Source of the DNA: Bacteroidales bacterium
GTDB lineage: Bacteria; Bacteroidota; Bacteroidia; Bacteroidales; VadinHA17
Length of the DNA: 55,602 nucleotides
Assembly: GCA_025358645.1 (NCBI GenBank)
Contig: JANYIW010000321.1
Span: forward strand, 1-55,602
Direction: 5' to 3'
The position numbers were made by a program, and so were the translations under genes. Below, one piece after another: positions 1 through 10,409 of the stretch (position 1 is its first letter; each line of letters starts with the position of its first letter). Under the pieces are notes generated by a model. It did no database searches and had not been told where the DNA came from. It saw only the letters and a program-made list of their open reading frames with translations.

Positions 1-1
1 C

Positions 2-286
2 AGGGAAGGAATTGCTTTAAAGGAGGCTATCTATACGGCAGGATCAAGAAGGCTAAAACCCATTTTAATGGTTGCTATGGCCTCACTTGTATCAACTATT
101 CCTATGCTCTTTAGTTCAGGTATAGGATCTGAACTTCAGCGGCCAATGGCGCTGGCATTGATCGGAGGAATGTCATTAGGTACTGTAGTTAGTTTATTCT
201 TTATTCCTCTGGCATATTGGTATATTTACAGAAAAAGCGACAGGAAGGCACATAAACCGGTTATTTCCGGAACTAATCCGGATTAA
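2..286 (+). CDS. Efflux RND transporter permease (AcrB-like), C-terminal part truncated by window edge
   Basis: Frame open from base 2: ..AGSRRLKPILM..GSELQRPMALALIGG, the typical AcrB C-terminal motifs. Confidence 0.85.
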   Translation, partial: REGIALKEAIYTAGSRRLKPILMVAMASLVSTIPMLFSSGIGSELQRPMALALIGGMSLGTVVSLFFIPLAYWYIYRKSDRKAHKPVISGTNPD

Positions 287-332
287 TTGGCAATTTTTTT
301 CCCTGGAAAACAAGTACCTCTGCCGGATTTTG

Positions 333-1136
333 TCAATCCCCCAATAGCCTTTTAAGATTTTTAATTACTTCATCAGGTCTGTCAACCTGAATCCAGTGAC
401 CGGCTCCGGGTACTTCAATTATATCCGCTGCAGGGAAAACGTGAAGGATATCTTTGAAATCCTTTGTTGGAATATAATCTGAATCGCCTCCTTTGAGAAA
501 GATAACCGGAAATCCTGTAATCTGCTGGCTGAAATCAGTCTGACGTTTAATTCCCTCCATTATTTTATCGAGGTTCTTAAGCAATGATACAGCATTCAAT
601 TTCCAGCTGAAAGAATTCTCTGTGGTTCTTTGGAGATTCTTAAGAATGAGACCTCTGGTCTTTTCTGAAGGAATCTTCTCCGTTAAGAGCGCATCTGCCT
701 CACCCCGGGTTGAAATCTTCTGCAAATCAAAAGAAAGAATCGCATTCAGAATGGTAAAATGTTGAGAATATGCCGAATGTCCATGGGCTTCATAAGTAAA
801 AGGGGAGATATCCGCAATTAGCAGCCCGTTTAACCTTTCGGGCCATTTAAGAGCAAATGAAATTGCTGTCTTACCCCCCATGCTATGTCCTGCAAGGAAA
901 AACTTTTTAAGAGACAAGTCATTTGCCAGTTCAAAGAGATCGTCTCTCATCGAGTCATAATCATGTATTTCACTGTGTGGAGACTGTCCATGGTTTCGCT
1001 GGTCAGGCAAATAAACCGTGAAACTTTCAGCTAGTTTTTTTGCAATAGTTACCCAGTTGTCGGATGATCCGTACAGACCATGAAGAATTACCAGAGGCGG
1101 ACCGTTGCCATATTTTCTGTAGAAGAGTTTCATCAT
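333..1136 (-). CDS. Alpha/beta hydrolase (YbfF-like esterase)
   Basis: LHGLYGSSDNW, DQRNHG, GHSMGG nucleophile elbow, GHW. Confidence 0.9.
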   Translation of the reverse strand: MMKLFYRKYGNGPPLVILHGLYGSSDNWVTIAKKLAESFTVYLPDQRNHGQSPHSEIHDYDSMRDDLFELANDLSLKKFFLAGHSMGGKTAISFALKWPERLNGLLIADISPFTYEAHGHSAYSQHFTILNAILSFDLQKISTRGEADALLTEKIPSEKTRGLILKNLQRTTENSFSWKLNAVSLLKNLDKIMEGIKRQTDFSQQITGFPVIFLKGGDSDYIPTKDFKDILHVFPAADIIEVPGAGHWIQVDRPDEVIKNLKRLLGD

Positions 1137-1144
1137 TAACTCAG

Positions 1145-1858
1145 TCAGGCTAATTGCCGCTTATACATCTGGATGGCATTTTCAAGCCCCAGATATAATG
1201 CGTCAGAAATAAGTGCATGTCCTATTGAAACTTCTTCGATCCATGGGATACTCTGATGAAAGTATCTCAGATTATCCAGGTTCAGATCATGTCCGGCGTT
1301 TAATCCTATTCCGGCATTCCGTGCTATCTCAGCAGCTTTTATAAAAGGTTCAACAGCCTCGATGGCGTTCCTGTTAAAACCTGAGGCATAAGGTTCAGTG
1401 TAAAGTTCAACCCTGTCGGTACCGGTTAGCGCTGCATTTTCAATATTAACCGGGTTTGTATCAACAAAAAGGGAAGTACGTATACCTTTTTTCCTGAATT
1501 CGGAAACTATTTCGGTAAGAAAGATCTTGTTCTTGAGCGTATCCCACCCGGCGTTTGACGTGATTGCATCGTGAGGGTCAGGCACAAGTGTGACCTGATC
1601 GGGTCTGACTGACAAAACGAGGGTAATGAATTCTTTGGATGGATAACCCTCAATATTAAATTCAGTAGTAATTAGTGGTTTGATCTCCAGTACGTCATTA
1701 TACCTGATATGTCTTTCATCCGGTCGCGGGTGAACGGTTATCCCATCGGCTCCGAAAAGCTGGCAATTTATTGCCGCGGTTAATACATTTGGAACATTTC
1801 CACCCCGGGCGTTTCTAAGAGTTGCAATCTTATTGATATTAACGCTTAACTTTGTCAT
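1145..1858 (-). CDS. pdxJ: Pyridoxine 5'-phosphate synthase
   Basis: [38 protein letters not shown]; start placed at ATG 1858. Confidence 0.95.
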   Translation of the reverse strand: MTKLSVNINKIATLRNARGGNVPNVLTAAINCQLFGADGITVHPRPDERHIRYNDVLEIKPLITTEFNIEGYPSKEFITLVLSVRPDQVTLVPDPHDAITSNAGWDTLKNKIFLTEIVSEFRKKGIRTSLFVDTNPVNIENAALTGTDRVELYTEPYASGFNRNAIEAVEPFIKAAEIARNAGIGLNAGHDLNLDNLRYFHQSIPWIEEVSIGHALISDALYLGLENAIQMYKRQLA

Positions 1859-1953
1859 TATAATAAATGTAAGAATTATCTGTATTGTAATTGTGTTCAA
1901 AATTACAATAACTGTCTTTTTTTTTACTATTTTAGTTGAAAATAAAACATTGT

Positions 1954-2619
1954 ATGGTCGCTAAAGATTTAATATCCGAAGTAATTCCTTCCCTCAAGAC
2001 GTCCGATTTGGGACAAACGGCCCTGAACTGGATGGAGATATTCAAGGTATCGCATCTTCCTATAGTCAATAACCAGGATTTTCTTGGTCTTATTTCTGAT
2101 GCTGACATTTATGATATGAATAAGCCAGAAGAACCAATTGGAAATCATACTCTTACATTGTTTAAACCTTATGTTGACGGGGAGCAGCATATTTTTGAAG
2201 TTATTGGTCTGGCCTCCCGGTTAAAGCTGTCAATTGTCCCGGTTCTTGACAGTAATAACCATTTCAAAGGTGTAATTACAACAAGTGATCTTATAAGACA
2301 TATAGCAGGTCTTTCATCAATGGATCAGCCTGGTGGAATAATTGTTCTTGAACTTATTGACAGGGATTATTCGCTCTCACAGATCGCCCAGATCGTTGAG
2401 GGTAATAATGTTAAAGTGCTTAGCATGTATATAACTTCGCCACCGGAATCAACCAAACTGGAGGTAACACTGAAAGTGAACACAACTGATTTAGCATCGG
2501 TGATCAGAACGTTTGAACGGTATAACTATGAGGTTAAAACCTGGGTTTCAAATAATGATTCGATGGACCGCTTTTATTCAGAAAGATTTGACATTCTGAT
2601 GAAATACCTTAATACCTGA
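1954..2619 (+). CDS. CBS domain protein with ACT-like C-terminus (AcuB-like)
   Basis: Two CBS repeats (HLPIV, IVPVLD..GVIT); sits before nadK as is usual in Bacteroidota. Confidence 0.85.
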   Translation: MVAKDLISEVIPSLKTSDLGQTALNWMEIFKVSHLPIVNNQDFLGLISDADIYDMNKPEEPIGNHTLTLFKPYVDGEQHIFEVIGLASRLKLSIVPVLDSNNHFKGVITTSDLIRHIAGLSSMDQPGGIIVLELIDRDYSLSQIAQIVEGNNVKVLSMYITSPPESTKLEVTLKVNTTDLASVIRTFERYNYEVKTWVSNNDSMDRFYSERFDILMKYLNT

Positions 2620-2622
2620 AAT

Positions 2623-3501
2623 ATGCTGGAGAGAGTAGCAATATATTTCAAAGATAATAATTTAAAAACCAGGACCGGAGTCGAAAGACTTGTTGAAGAG
2701 TTTCACAAAAGAGGAATTAAAACTAGGATCTATCAGAAACTTGTAAATCCTGTAACCGGACCAGGCTGGGAAATAGTTGAAAAGTCAGACGAACTTTCTC
2801 ATTCTTCTGAGTTGGCTGATCTGGTATTGAGTGTTGGAGGTGATGGTACATTTCTTGAAACAGTTCTGAAAGTTAAGGATCTGGGAATCCCGATTGCAGG
2901 CGTTAACACCGGACGGATGGGTTTCCTGGCAAATATTTCTGCCGATGAAATAAGCCATTCAATTGATATGTTATGTAAGGGTGAATATGAAATTATCGAA
3001 AGATGTCTTCTGGAAATATCACATCCGGAAGGGATGTTTGAAGGAAATTCTTCCACCGCACTTAACGAAATAACTATTCAGAAGGCTGATCTTAGTATGA
3101 TAACCATCAGCGTATTTGTTGATGAAACCCATCTCAACACATATTGGGCTGACGGATTGATTGTTTCTACTGCCACAGGCTCAACTGCATACAATCTGAG
3201 TGTTGGCGGCCCTATATTATCACCTGACGATGAGAGCATTATTATTTCCCCCATAGCGCCGCATAACCTGACTATCAGACCAATCATTCTTTCCGGGGAA
3301 GGCAAGATCAGGATGGTAATCGAGGGAAGGAGCAATGAGTATCTTACTACATGCGACTTTCGGTCAAAGAAGCTGCCATTCACCGAAGAGATACATATTG
3401 TAAGAGCTCCGGTAAAAATCAGAACAGTAATGTTAAATGGAAGAGATTTTTACAGTACTCTCAGAAATAAACTGATGTGGGGCGCTGATACGAGGAATTG
3501 A
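2623..3501 (+). CDS. nadK: NAD kinase
   Basis: GGDGT, NE, DGLIVSTATGSTAYNLSVGGPI. Confidence 0.95.
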   Translation: MLERVAIYFKDNNLKTRTGVERLVEEFHKRGIKTRIYQKLVNPVTGPGWEIVEKSDELSHSSELADLVLSVGGDGTFLETVLKVKDLGIPIAGVNTGRMGFLANISADEISHSIDMLCKGEYEIIERCLLEISHPEGMFEGNSSTALNEITIQKADLSMITISVFVDETHLNTYWADGLIVSTATGSTAYNLSVGGPILSPDDESIIISPIAPHNLTIRPIILSGEGKIRMVIEGRSNEYLTTCDFRSKKLPFTEEIHIVRAPVKIRTVMLNGRDFYSTLRNKLMWGADTRN

Positions 3502-3511
3502 GATAATTTAT

Positions 3512-3519
3512 TATATTTG
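3512..3519 (+). promoter_or_regulatory. Bacteroidota sigma-A -7 element
   Basis: TATATTTG (TAnnTTTG) 25 nt before the ATG at 3545. Confidence 0.5.
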
Positions 3520-3544
3520 TGTTTGTAATAATACAGAAATTTCT

Positions 3545-4291
3545 ATGAAACGGCCCATTCTGACCATTTTACTCCTTTGTTTCATTGTATCATTTACTGA
3601 TGCTCAAATTTGGAAACTGAAACGATATGAAGCAGTTGCTGGAATAGGGCCTTCGTTTTTCTTTGGAGATATCGGAGGATACTCAAAGACTAAAAATATC
3701 CTCGGTTTAAGGGATATAACTCTTAGTCAAACGCGATTCGACTTCAACGCCAATTTAAAATACAGGGTTGCACAGTCATTTAATATCAGACTTAGCCTTA
3801 CTTCAGGGTTACTGCACGCAACAGACGTGAGAGGTTCAAATGAAAACAGAGGATTTGAAGCTTCTATTCAATTCATTGAACCTGCACTTATCGGTGAATA
3901 TTATTTTATAAAGAATAAAGCTGAAGACAGTTATCTGTTTACAAAAGGAAAAGATACCGGATTCAATGGATTTATTAAGTCACTCGACTTTTATATATTT
4001 ACCGGAATAGGTGGAGTTGGCTACTCGATTAAGGCAAATAAAGCGCTCGAGAATTTTGGAATAAATCCGGGTGGTTTTTCTACTGTTATCCCTGTTGGCA
4101 TCGGAAGCACTATGATTTACTCGCCAAATTTTAATTTTGGAGTTGAATTTACAGGCAGATATTCATTTTCCGATAATCTTGATGGTTATACATCACAATA
4201 TTCCAGCTCAAATGACGTTTATTATTTTTTGAATTTTACAATTACTTACAAGCTGAAGACCGGAGCAAATGGTTTGCCCTCATTCAGATGA
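3545..4291 (+). CDS. DUF6089-family outer-membrane beta-barrel protein
   Basis: Signal peptide, FFGDIGG, D.LDG, NDVYYF..TITY; paralog of the next gene. Confidence 0.7.
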   Translation: MKRPILTILLLCFIVSFTDAQIWKLKRYEAVAGIGPSFFFGDIGGYSKTKNILGLRDITLSQTRFDFNANLKYRVAQSFNIRLSLTSGLLHATDVRGSNENRGFEASIQFIEPALIGEYYFIKNKAEDSYLFTKGKDTGFNGFIKSLDFYIFTGIGGVGYSIKANKALENFGINPGGFSTVIPVGIGSTMIYSPNFNFGVEFTGRYSFSDNLDGYTSQYSSSNDVYYFLNFTITYKLKTGANGLPSFR

Positions 4292-4312
4292 TAAAGAGCT
4301 GGCTCAGTTTTC

Positions 4313-4996
4313 ATGAAAAGAATACACTGGTTACTATTATTTTTATTTTTATTCCTGTCAATCTCCTTATCCGGTCAGCGCAATTCTGATTATGGAATTT
4401 TTGCAGGGGTATCATCCTATCTTGGCGATATAAATCCTAACAAGCTATTGTACTCGCCGCTTCCAGCGGGTGGAATTTTTTACAGACTGAACTTAAATCC
4501 ACGGCAGGCTTTAAGAGCTAACCTGTTCATTGGAGGTATCAGGGCACATGACCTTGATTTTAAAAATGCTTTTCAGCAGGCAAGAGGAGCGTCATTCTCG
4601 GGTACTGTCGGTGAATTGGCTATGCAGTTTGAGTTCAATTTTTTGCCATATTCAACAGAAGGGAAACTATGGGATTTTACTCCCTATTTCGCTGCAGGTG
4701 CGGGGATAGCCTTTGTAAACTCAGTATCTTTTAAATATATACCTGTTATTCCCTTCTCGTTTGGTTTTAAAGTTAATGTCTATAAAAATATCGGATTGGA
4801 AGCCGAATATGGTTTTCGTAAAACATTTTATGATAACTTTGACGGCATAAATGATTTAGTTGCCCCGTCAGATATTGGATGGATCCATAATAACGACTGG
4901 TATACTTTCACAGGAATAGCAGTCACATGGAAGATCTATAATAAATTGGCTGGTTGTCCTGCTTATGGCGAAGGGAATTCTAAAAGGAAACGCTAG
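4313..4996 (+). CDS. porG: DUF6089/PorG-family outer-membrane beta-barrel (T9SS-associated)
   Basis: SYLGDIN, NNDWYTFTG, C-terminal CPAY; directly upstream of uppS. Confidence 0.65.
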   Translation: MKRIHWLLLFLFLFLSISLSGQRNSDYGIFAGVSSYLGDINPNKLLYSPLPAGGIFYRLNLNPRQALRANLFIGGIRAHDLDFKNAFQQARGASFSGTVGELAMQFEFNFLPYSTEGKLWDFTPYFAAGAGIAFVNSVSFKYIPVIPFSFGFKVNVYKNIGLEAEYGFRKTFYDNFDGINDLVAPSDIGWIHNNDWYTFTGIAVTWKIYNKLAGCPAYGEGNSKRKR

Positions 4997-4999
4997 GTT

Positions 5000-5746
5000 A
5001 TGCAGTTAAGGGAACAGATAGATAGCAATAAATTGCCTTCACATGTGGCAATTATTATGGATGGTAACGGGAGGTGGGCGCAACATAAGGGCCTCGATAG
5101 AATATTTGGACATCAACAGGGTGTTAGTGCAGTCAGAGAAGTAATTGAGACCGCTGCAGAACTGAAGATTGGTTTTCTTACCCTTTATGCTTTCTCAACG
5201 GAAAATTGGGGAAGACCAGATGAAGAGGTATCTGCTCTAATGGGAATTATGGTACAATCGCTTAGTAATGAAACAGCTACATTATTAAAAAACAATATCC
5301 GGCTTAAAGCAATTGGTGATATGGAAAGGCTTGCAAACGATGTAAGGGAAAGGCTCTTTGAAACAATAAAACTGACTTCTGTCAGTACCGGACTTACCCT
5401 TATCATTGCGCTTAGTTACAGTTCCCGTTGGGAAATTACAAATGCTGCAAGGGAAATATCAATTGATGTGAAAAAGGGAACTCTTAATCCCAATTCAATT
5501 ACTGAAGAGGATTTTGAGAAATACCTCACGACTTATGGTATTCCTGATCCCGAACTGATGATAAGAACCAGCGGAGAGTTACGAATAAGCAATTTCCTTT
5601 TATGGCAGGTCGCTTATTCCGAATTATACTTTACTGAAACACTTTGGCCTGATTTTGGTAAGGATGATTTTTATACTGCTATAATTGATTTCCAGAAGAG
5701 AGAACGAAGATTTGGAAAAACGAGTGAACAAGTTACGGAAAAATGA
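5000..5746 (+). CDS. uppS: Undecaprenyl diphosphate synthase
   Basis: HVAIIMDGNGRWA, FSTENW, IRTSGE.RISNFLLWQ. Confidence 0.97.
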   Translation: MQLREQIDSNKLPSHVAIIMDGNGRWAQHKGLDRIFGHQQGVSAVREVIETAAELKIGFLTLYAFSTENWGRPDEEVSALMGIMVQSLSNETATLLKNNIRLKAIGDMERLANDVRERLFETIKLTSVSTGLTLIIALSYSSRWEITNAAREISIDVKKGTLNPNSITEEDFEKYLTTYGIPDPELMIRTSGELRISNFLLWQVAYSELYFTETLWPDFGKDDFYTAIIDFQKRERRFGKTSEQVTEK

Positions 5747-5752
5747 TAATAT

Positions 5753-8293
5753 ATGGTGATTAAAAAAATTACAGAGACTTTTTTAGTAATATTTCTGGCT
5801 CTGTTGAGCCTCTCTCTAAATGCTCAGGAAAAGCAGAAGATCGTCGATTACATGACAGTTGAGGATTACATCATAGGAGGTGTAACAGTAACCGGAGTCA
5901 GATTTCTTGATACAAATGCACTTATTGGAATTTCCGGACTAAGAGTGGGCCAGTCGGTTGCAATTCCCGGCGATGCGATAACCACTGCTGTGAAAAAGTT
6001 ATGGCAACAAGGGCTGTTTTCAGATGTAAGAATAACCATAGCAAAAGTCAGTTCAGATACAGCTTTTATCGATATAAACTTACAGGAAAGGCCAAGGATA
6101 TCATCTGTCAAATACAATGGACTTAAAACCTCGGAAACTACTGATCTCAATAAGAAGATAAATCTTCCTATCGGATCGCAGGTAACTGATTTTCTGCTTA
6201 ATACAGCTGAAAAAATAATTAAAGATCACTTTATCGAGAAAGGGTTCCTGAACACGCAGGTAACTTTTGTGCAGAAAGACGATCCTGATCAGCCAAATAA
6301 CGTCATCCTGAGCATCAATGTCGACAAAAAAGTAAAAGTAAAGATTGCCGACATCACTTTTGTTGGAAATGAGTTTTTCAAAACATCAAAGCTCAGGAGC
6401 AAATTAAAATCGACAAAGATCAAGAACATTAATTTTTTCAGAGCTTCAAAATTCATCAGGGAAAAGTTTAATGAGGATAAACAGAAACTCACGGTTTTTT
6501 ACAATGATAACGGGTTCAAAGATTTTACAATTATCTCCGATTCACTTTATATAGTTTCTGAAAACCGCGTTGGTTTAAAGATAACGATTGATGAGGGGAA
6601 ACAATACTTCCTGAGAAATGTGGATTGGGTAGGTAACAGTGTTTATAGGAAAGAGGATCTTAAGAAAGTATTTAATGTTGAGAAAGGAACAGTTTATAAC
6701 CAGTCACTTATTGACGACAGATTGAACGGTTCTGCAGGTGCCCAGGATGCCGTTAGTAGTTTATACCAGGATCATGGCTATCTCTTTTCAAGACTCACGC
6801 CTGTTGAGGCAAAAATAGATCAGGACTCAATTGACCTTGAAGTCAGAATTTACGAAGGAGAACAGGCATACCTTAATAATGTTCTGATTACAGGCAATAC
6901 AAGGACCAACGAGCATGTTGCCCGTAGAGAACTATATACCTTACCTGGAGATCTTTTCAGTAAGACTAATATAATAAGGTCTGTCCGTCAGTTAGGAGTA
7001 CTTGGTCATTTTGATCCGGAAAAGATTAATCCTACTCCTCTTCCCGACATTACAAACGGAACAGTTGATCTTCTTTATAAACTTGAGGAAAAAGCAAACG
7101 ACCAGTTTGAGATCTCCGGTGGCTGGGGAGCCGGTATGCTCGTAGGAACTGTGGGTGTGCGATTTAATAACTTTGCAATGCGTAATTTCTTTAACCTGAA
7201 AGAGTGGAAACCTTATCCTTCAGGCGATGGCCAGTCAGTAAGTATAAGGGCTCAGTCTAATGGTCGTATCTATTCATCATATAATCTTTCATTTGTTGAA
7301 CCATGGCTGGGAGGTAAAAACCCTAATACATTTTCTGTCTCGTTATATCGTTCGATTATGACAAATGGAAAAAAGAAAGGAGAGGATGACCGCGAGAGTA
7401 TGATTATCGATGGTGCATCGATCGGTTTAGGTAAAAGACTCGCCTGGCCTGATGACTATTTCTCTCTTTATGGTGAGTTAAACTATCAGCGGTATAGTCT
7501 GAATAACTATAATGTTTACTCTTTCCTTTTCTCTAATGGGAACTCCAACCTTTTAAGCTTTACTACAAAACTTACCAGGTTTTCGACAGGCCCGAATCTT
7601 ATCTATCCTGAAACCGGATCTTCATTTACCTTATCCCTTCAGGCAACTCCGCCCTTTTCGCTTATCAGTGGGCAGAATATGATCAATGTTTCAGACCAGA
7701 TTAAATATAAATTTATTGAATTTCATAAATGGACATTTAAAGCAGATTATTATTATCCGTTAACAAAGAATGATAAACTGGTACTTAATACCCGTTTTGC
7801 ATTCGGATATCTTGGATTTTATAATAAAGATATCGGTCCATCTCCTTTTGAAAACTTTTCTGTGGGAGGAGATGGTATGACGGGTTATAGTTTTTACGGT
7901 CGTGAAATGATAAAGTTAAGAGGATATGCCAGTGGGGGTAGTGGAGTAGGATCCCTAACGCCTGGTGATCCTAACATAACAACGAAATTTGTTCCGTCAG
8001 GTAACGTATATTCGAAAATCACTTTTGAACTCCGGTACCCGGTATCTCTTAATCCTTCGGCAACTATATACGTTCTCACATTTCTTGAAGCAGGAAGAGC
8101 CTGGTATCAGCTGAAAGAATATAATCCGTTCAAAATGAACCGTGCTGCCGGTGTTGGTGTAAGAGCCAATCTTCCGATGTTTGGATTGCTTGGTGTTGAC
8201 TGGGGCTATGGTTTCGACCCTGTTCCTAGCCCTTCAAACTTCCAAAATGCTAATCATTCACAATTCCAGTTTACAATAGGTCAGGAGTTTTAA
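5753..8293 (+). CDS. bamA: Outer membrane protein assembly factor BamA
   Basis: POTRA repeats, LRGY, C-terminal FTIGQEF; uppS-bamA-skp order. Confidence 0.95.
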   Translation: MVIKKITETFLVIFLALLSLSLNAQEKQKIVDYMTVEDYIIGGVTVTGVRFLDTNALIGISGLRVGQSVAIPGDAITTAVKKLWQQGLFSDVRITIAKVSSDTAFIDINLQERPRISSVKYNGLKTSETTDLNKKINLPIGSQVTDFLLNTAEKIIKDHFIEKGFLNTQVTFVQKDDPDQPNNVILSINVDKKVKVKIADITFVGNEFFKTSKLRSKLKSTKIKNINFFRASKFIREKFNEDKQKLTVFYNDNGFKDFTIISDSLYIVSENRVGLKITIDEGKQYFLRNVDWVGNSVYRKEDLKKVFNVEKGTVYNQSLIDDRLNGSAGAQDAVSSLYQDHGYLFSRLTPVEAKIDQDSIDLEVRIYEGEQAYLNNVLITGNTRTNEHVARRELYTLPGDLFSKTNIIRSVRQLGVLGHFDPEKINPTPLPDITNGTVDLLYKLEEKANDQFEISGGWGAGMLVGTVGVRFNNFAMRNFFNLKEWKPYPSGDGQSVSIRAQSNGRIYSSYNLSFVEPWLGGKNPNTFSVSLYRSIMTNGKKKGEDDRESMIIDGASIGLGKRLAWPDDYFSLYGELNYQRYSLNNYNVYSFLFSNGNSNLLSFTTKLTRFSTGPNLIYPETGSSFTLSLQATPPFSLISGQNMINVSDQIKYKFIEFHKWTFKADYYYPLTKNDKLVLNTRFAFGYLGFYNKDIGPSPFENFSVGGDGMTGYSFYGREMIKLRGYASGGSGVGSLTPGDPNITTKFVPSGNVYSKITFELRYPVSLNPSATIYVLTFLEAGRAWYQLKEYNPFKMNRAAGVGVRANLPMFGLLGVDWGYGFDPVPSPSNFQNANHSQFQFTIGQEF

Positions 8294-8316
8294 TTAAGTA
8301 ACAAATATTAACAGTT

Positions 8317-8832
8317 ATGAAAAAAATAGGTGTATTAATCGGTTTCTTTATTCTGACTTCAGCTATGGCTATTGCTCAGAAATATGCTTTCGTAGATTCT
8401 GAATATATCAGAAAAAACATTCCTGCCTTCACCACTGCACAGGAACAACTCGACAAACTTTCCAAACAATGGGAAAAAGAAGTTGCCGATGGATATGCAG
8501 TTGTTGAACAGTTGTATAAGTCTTATCAGAACGAGTCAGTTCTACTTTCCCAGGATATGAAAACCAAAAGGGAAGAAGCAATAATCGCCAAAGAAAAAGA
8601 AATGAAAGACCTTCAGAATAAATATTTTGGAGTGTCAGGTGATCTGTTTAAGAAGAGGGAAGAGTTGGTTAAACCAATCCAGGATGATATTTTAAAGGCC
8701 ATAAAAGCGATTGCTGTTGATGGAAGTTATGCAGTCATTTTTGATACTGCAGCAGGTGGTAATATCCTGTTTGCCAATCCAAAATTTGATATCAGCGATC
8801 AGGTTCTTGAAAAATTAGGTTATAAAAATTAA
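8317..8832 (+). CDS. skp: OmpH/Skp chaperone
   Basis: Signal peptide, KYAFVD, coiled coil, DIS..VL. Confidence 0.9.
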   Translation: MKKIGVLIGFFILTSAMAIAQKYAFVDSEYIRKNIPAFTTAQEQLDKLSKQWEKEVADGYAVVEQLYKSYQNESVLLSQDMKTKREEAIIAKEKEMKDLQNKYFGVSGDLFKKREELVKPIQDDILKAIKAIAVDGSYAVIFDTAAGGNILFANPKFDISDQVLEKLGYKN

Positions 8833-8874
8833 TTAATTACTTTTGCATAAATTGTTTAATAAAATTATTTAAAA

Positions 8875-9396
8875 ATGAAAAGATTTATAAGTATAGCGAT
8901 GGTGATAATTGTCATTGCTCTGGCGGGACAGAGTGCAATGGCTCAGAACTTTAAGTTTGGTCATATTAACAGTGATGAACTCATTCAAACTATGCCGGAA
9001 TATGACTCAGCCACCGTTAAACTAGAGAAATTCCGCAAAGAACTTGTTAATGCACTCGAGTTAATGTCGGTCGAATTAAATACTAAAAACGATGCATATC
9101 AGAAAGAGAGTAAACTCCTGAGCGATATTGTTAAGCAGACAAAAGAGCAGGAACTTATTGATATGAACAAAAGAATTCAGGACTTTCAGACAAATGCTCA
9201 GACACAACTCCAGGGTAAACAAACCGAAGTTTTCCAGCCAATATATGCAAAAGTTGACAAGGCAATAAAAGAAGTAGGTAAAGAGAATGGATTTTTATAT
9301 GTTTTTGATGTTGCCAAAGGTGCACTTCTCTATTTTGATGAAGCAAAAAGCATTAATCTCCTGCCTCTTGTTAAAACAAAGCTTGGATTAAAATAA
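8875..9396 (+). CDS. OmpH/Skp chaperone (second paralog)
   Basis: KFGHINS, coiled coil, AIKEVGKENG..YVFD. Confidence 0.9.
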   Translation: MKRFISIAMVIIVIALAGQSAMAQNFKFGHINSDELIQTMPEYDSATVKLEKFRKELVNALELMSVELNTKNDAYQKESKLLSDIVKQTKEQELIDMNKRIQDFQTNAQTQLQGKQTEVFQPIYAKVDKAIKEVGKENGFLYVFDVAKGALLYFDEAKSINLLPLVKTKLGLK

Positions 9397-9415
9397 TTCA
9401 AATGCCTTAATATCG

Positions 9416-9447
9416 TGACCATCCTTATTAGGGATGGTCATTTTTTT
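9416..9447 (+). terminator. Rho-independent terminator
   Basis: TGACCATCC-ttattag-GGATGGTCA stem followed by T7. Confidence 0.8.
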
Positions 9448-9461
9448 AATATGCTACTAAA

Positions 9462-10262
9462 GTGAAAGAACAACCAATCGGTATTTTTGATTCAGGGGTA
9501 GGAGGACTAACTGTAGCCCATGCAATTAAGCAGATTTTGCCTGGCGAAAGCCTAATCTATTTCGGAGATACAGCTCATCTGCCTTATGGAGATAAATCGG
9601 CAGAATCTATAAGATACTACTCTCAGCGGATTACTGAGTTTCTGCTGGAACACAATTCAAAAGTTGTTCTTATAGCCTGCAACTCTGCGTCAGCATCGGC
9701 ATTTGATTCACTCAAGAAAGAATTTGAAGGTAAAACCATACTTATTGATGTTATAAACCCGGTAGTAAACTATCTGAGTACAAGGAATTTCAATAAAATC
9801 GGGGTTATCGGCACCAAGAGGACAATAAGTTCCGGAACCTATGAACAGAAAATAAAGCAAAAGTCGCCATTGACAACTGTTATCTCATTGGCAACTCCAT
9901 TGCTTGTGCCGATGATTGAAGAGGGATTCATATTCGATGATATAAGTAATGCAATTATTCGTACTTATCTGACAAATGAGTCACTCTCCGGAATACAAGC
10001 ATTAATACTCGGCTGCACACATTATCCGATTATCAAAAACCAGATAAGTAAAATATTTAACTTTAATATAGAAGTTATTGATTCCGCAAGGATTGTTTCT
10101 ATGATCCTGAGAGAAGTGTTGGATAAAAACAACCTTTTAAACGATACCGGAAATGTGAAAGACCAGTTTTTTATTTCAGACTACACAACATACTTCGAAA
10201 AGATAGCGAGAATGTTCTTTGAAGGAGAAATAAACCTGAAAAAGGCAGATATCTGGAGCTGA
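9462..10262 (+). CDS. murI: Glutamate racemase
   Basis: FDSGVGG, PYG, ACNSA, LGCTHYP. Confidence 0.97.
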   Translation: MKEQPIGIFDSGVGGLTVAHAIKQILPGESLIYFGDTAHLPYGDKSAESIRYYSQRITEFLLEHNSKVVLIACNSASASAFDSLKKEFEGKTILIDVINPVVNYLSTRNFNKIGVIGTKRTISSGTYEQKIKQKSPLTTVISLATPLLVPMIEEGFIFDDISNAIIRTYLTNESLSGIQALILGCTHYPIIKNQISKIFNFNIEVIDSARIVSMILREVLDKNNLLNDTGNVKDQFFISDYTTYFEKIARMFFEGEINLKKADIWS

Positions 10263-10283
10263 GATTACCAAGTGTTAGAAACA

Positions 10284-10295
10284 TGATCAATATCA
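10284..10295. promoter_or_regulatory. Putative Crp/Fnr-family box upstream of korA
   Basis: TGAT-CAAT-ATCA, identical to 32894-32905; -7 element TAATTTTG at 10339-10346. Confidence 0.5.
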
Positions 10296-10409
10296 TATTC
10301 AAAAATCTAATATTGTACGATTTTCAATGTTTATTGGTTAATTTTGTGCATAGAAGCAGTTAGTTATCCTATTTTTTTCATACTATACTGAAATAAAATA
10401 AAAGGCATT

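Noticed and set aside
8317-9396. Multiple OmpH/Skp paralogs (third at 30307)
   Set aside because: Normal for Bacteroidota
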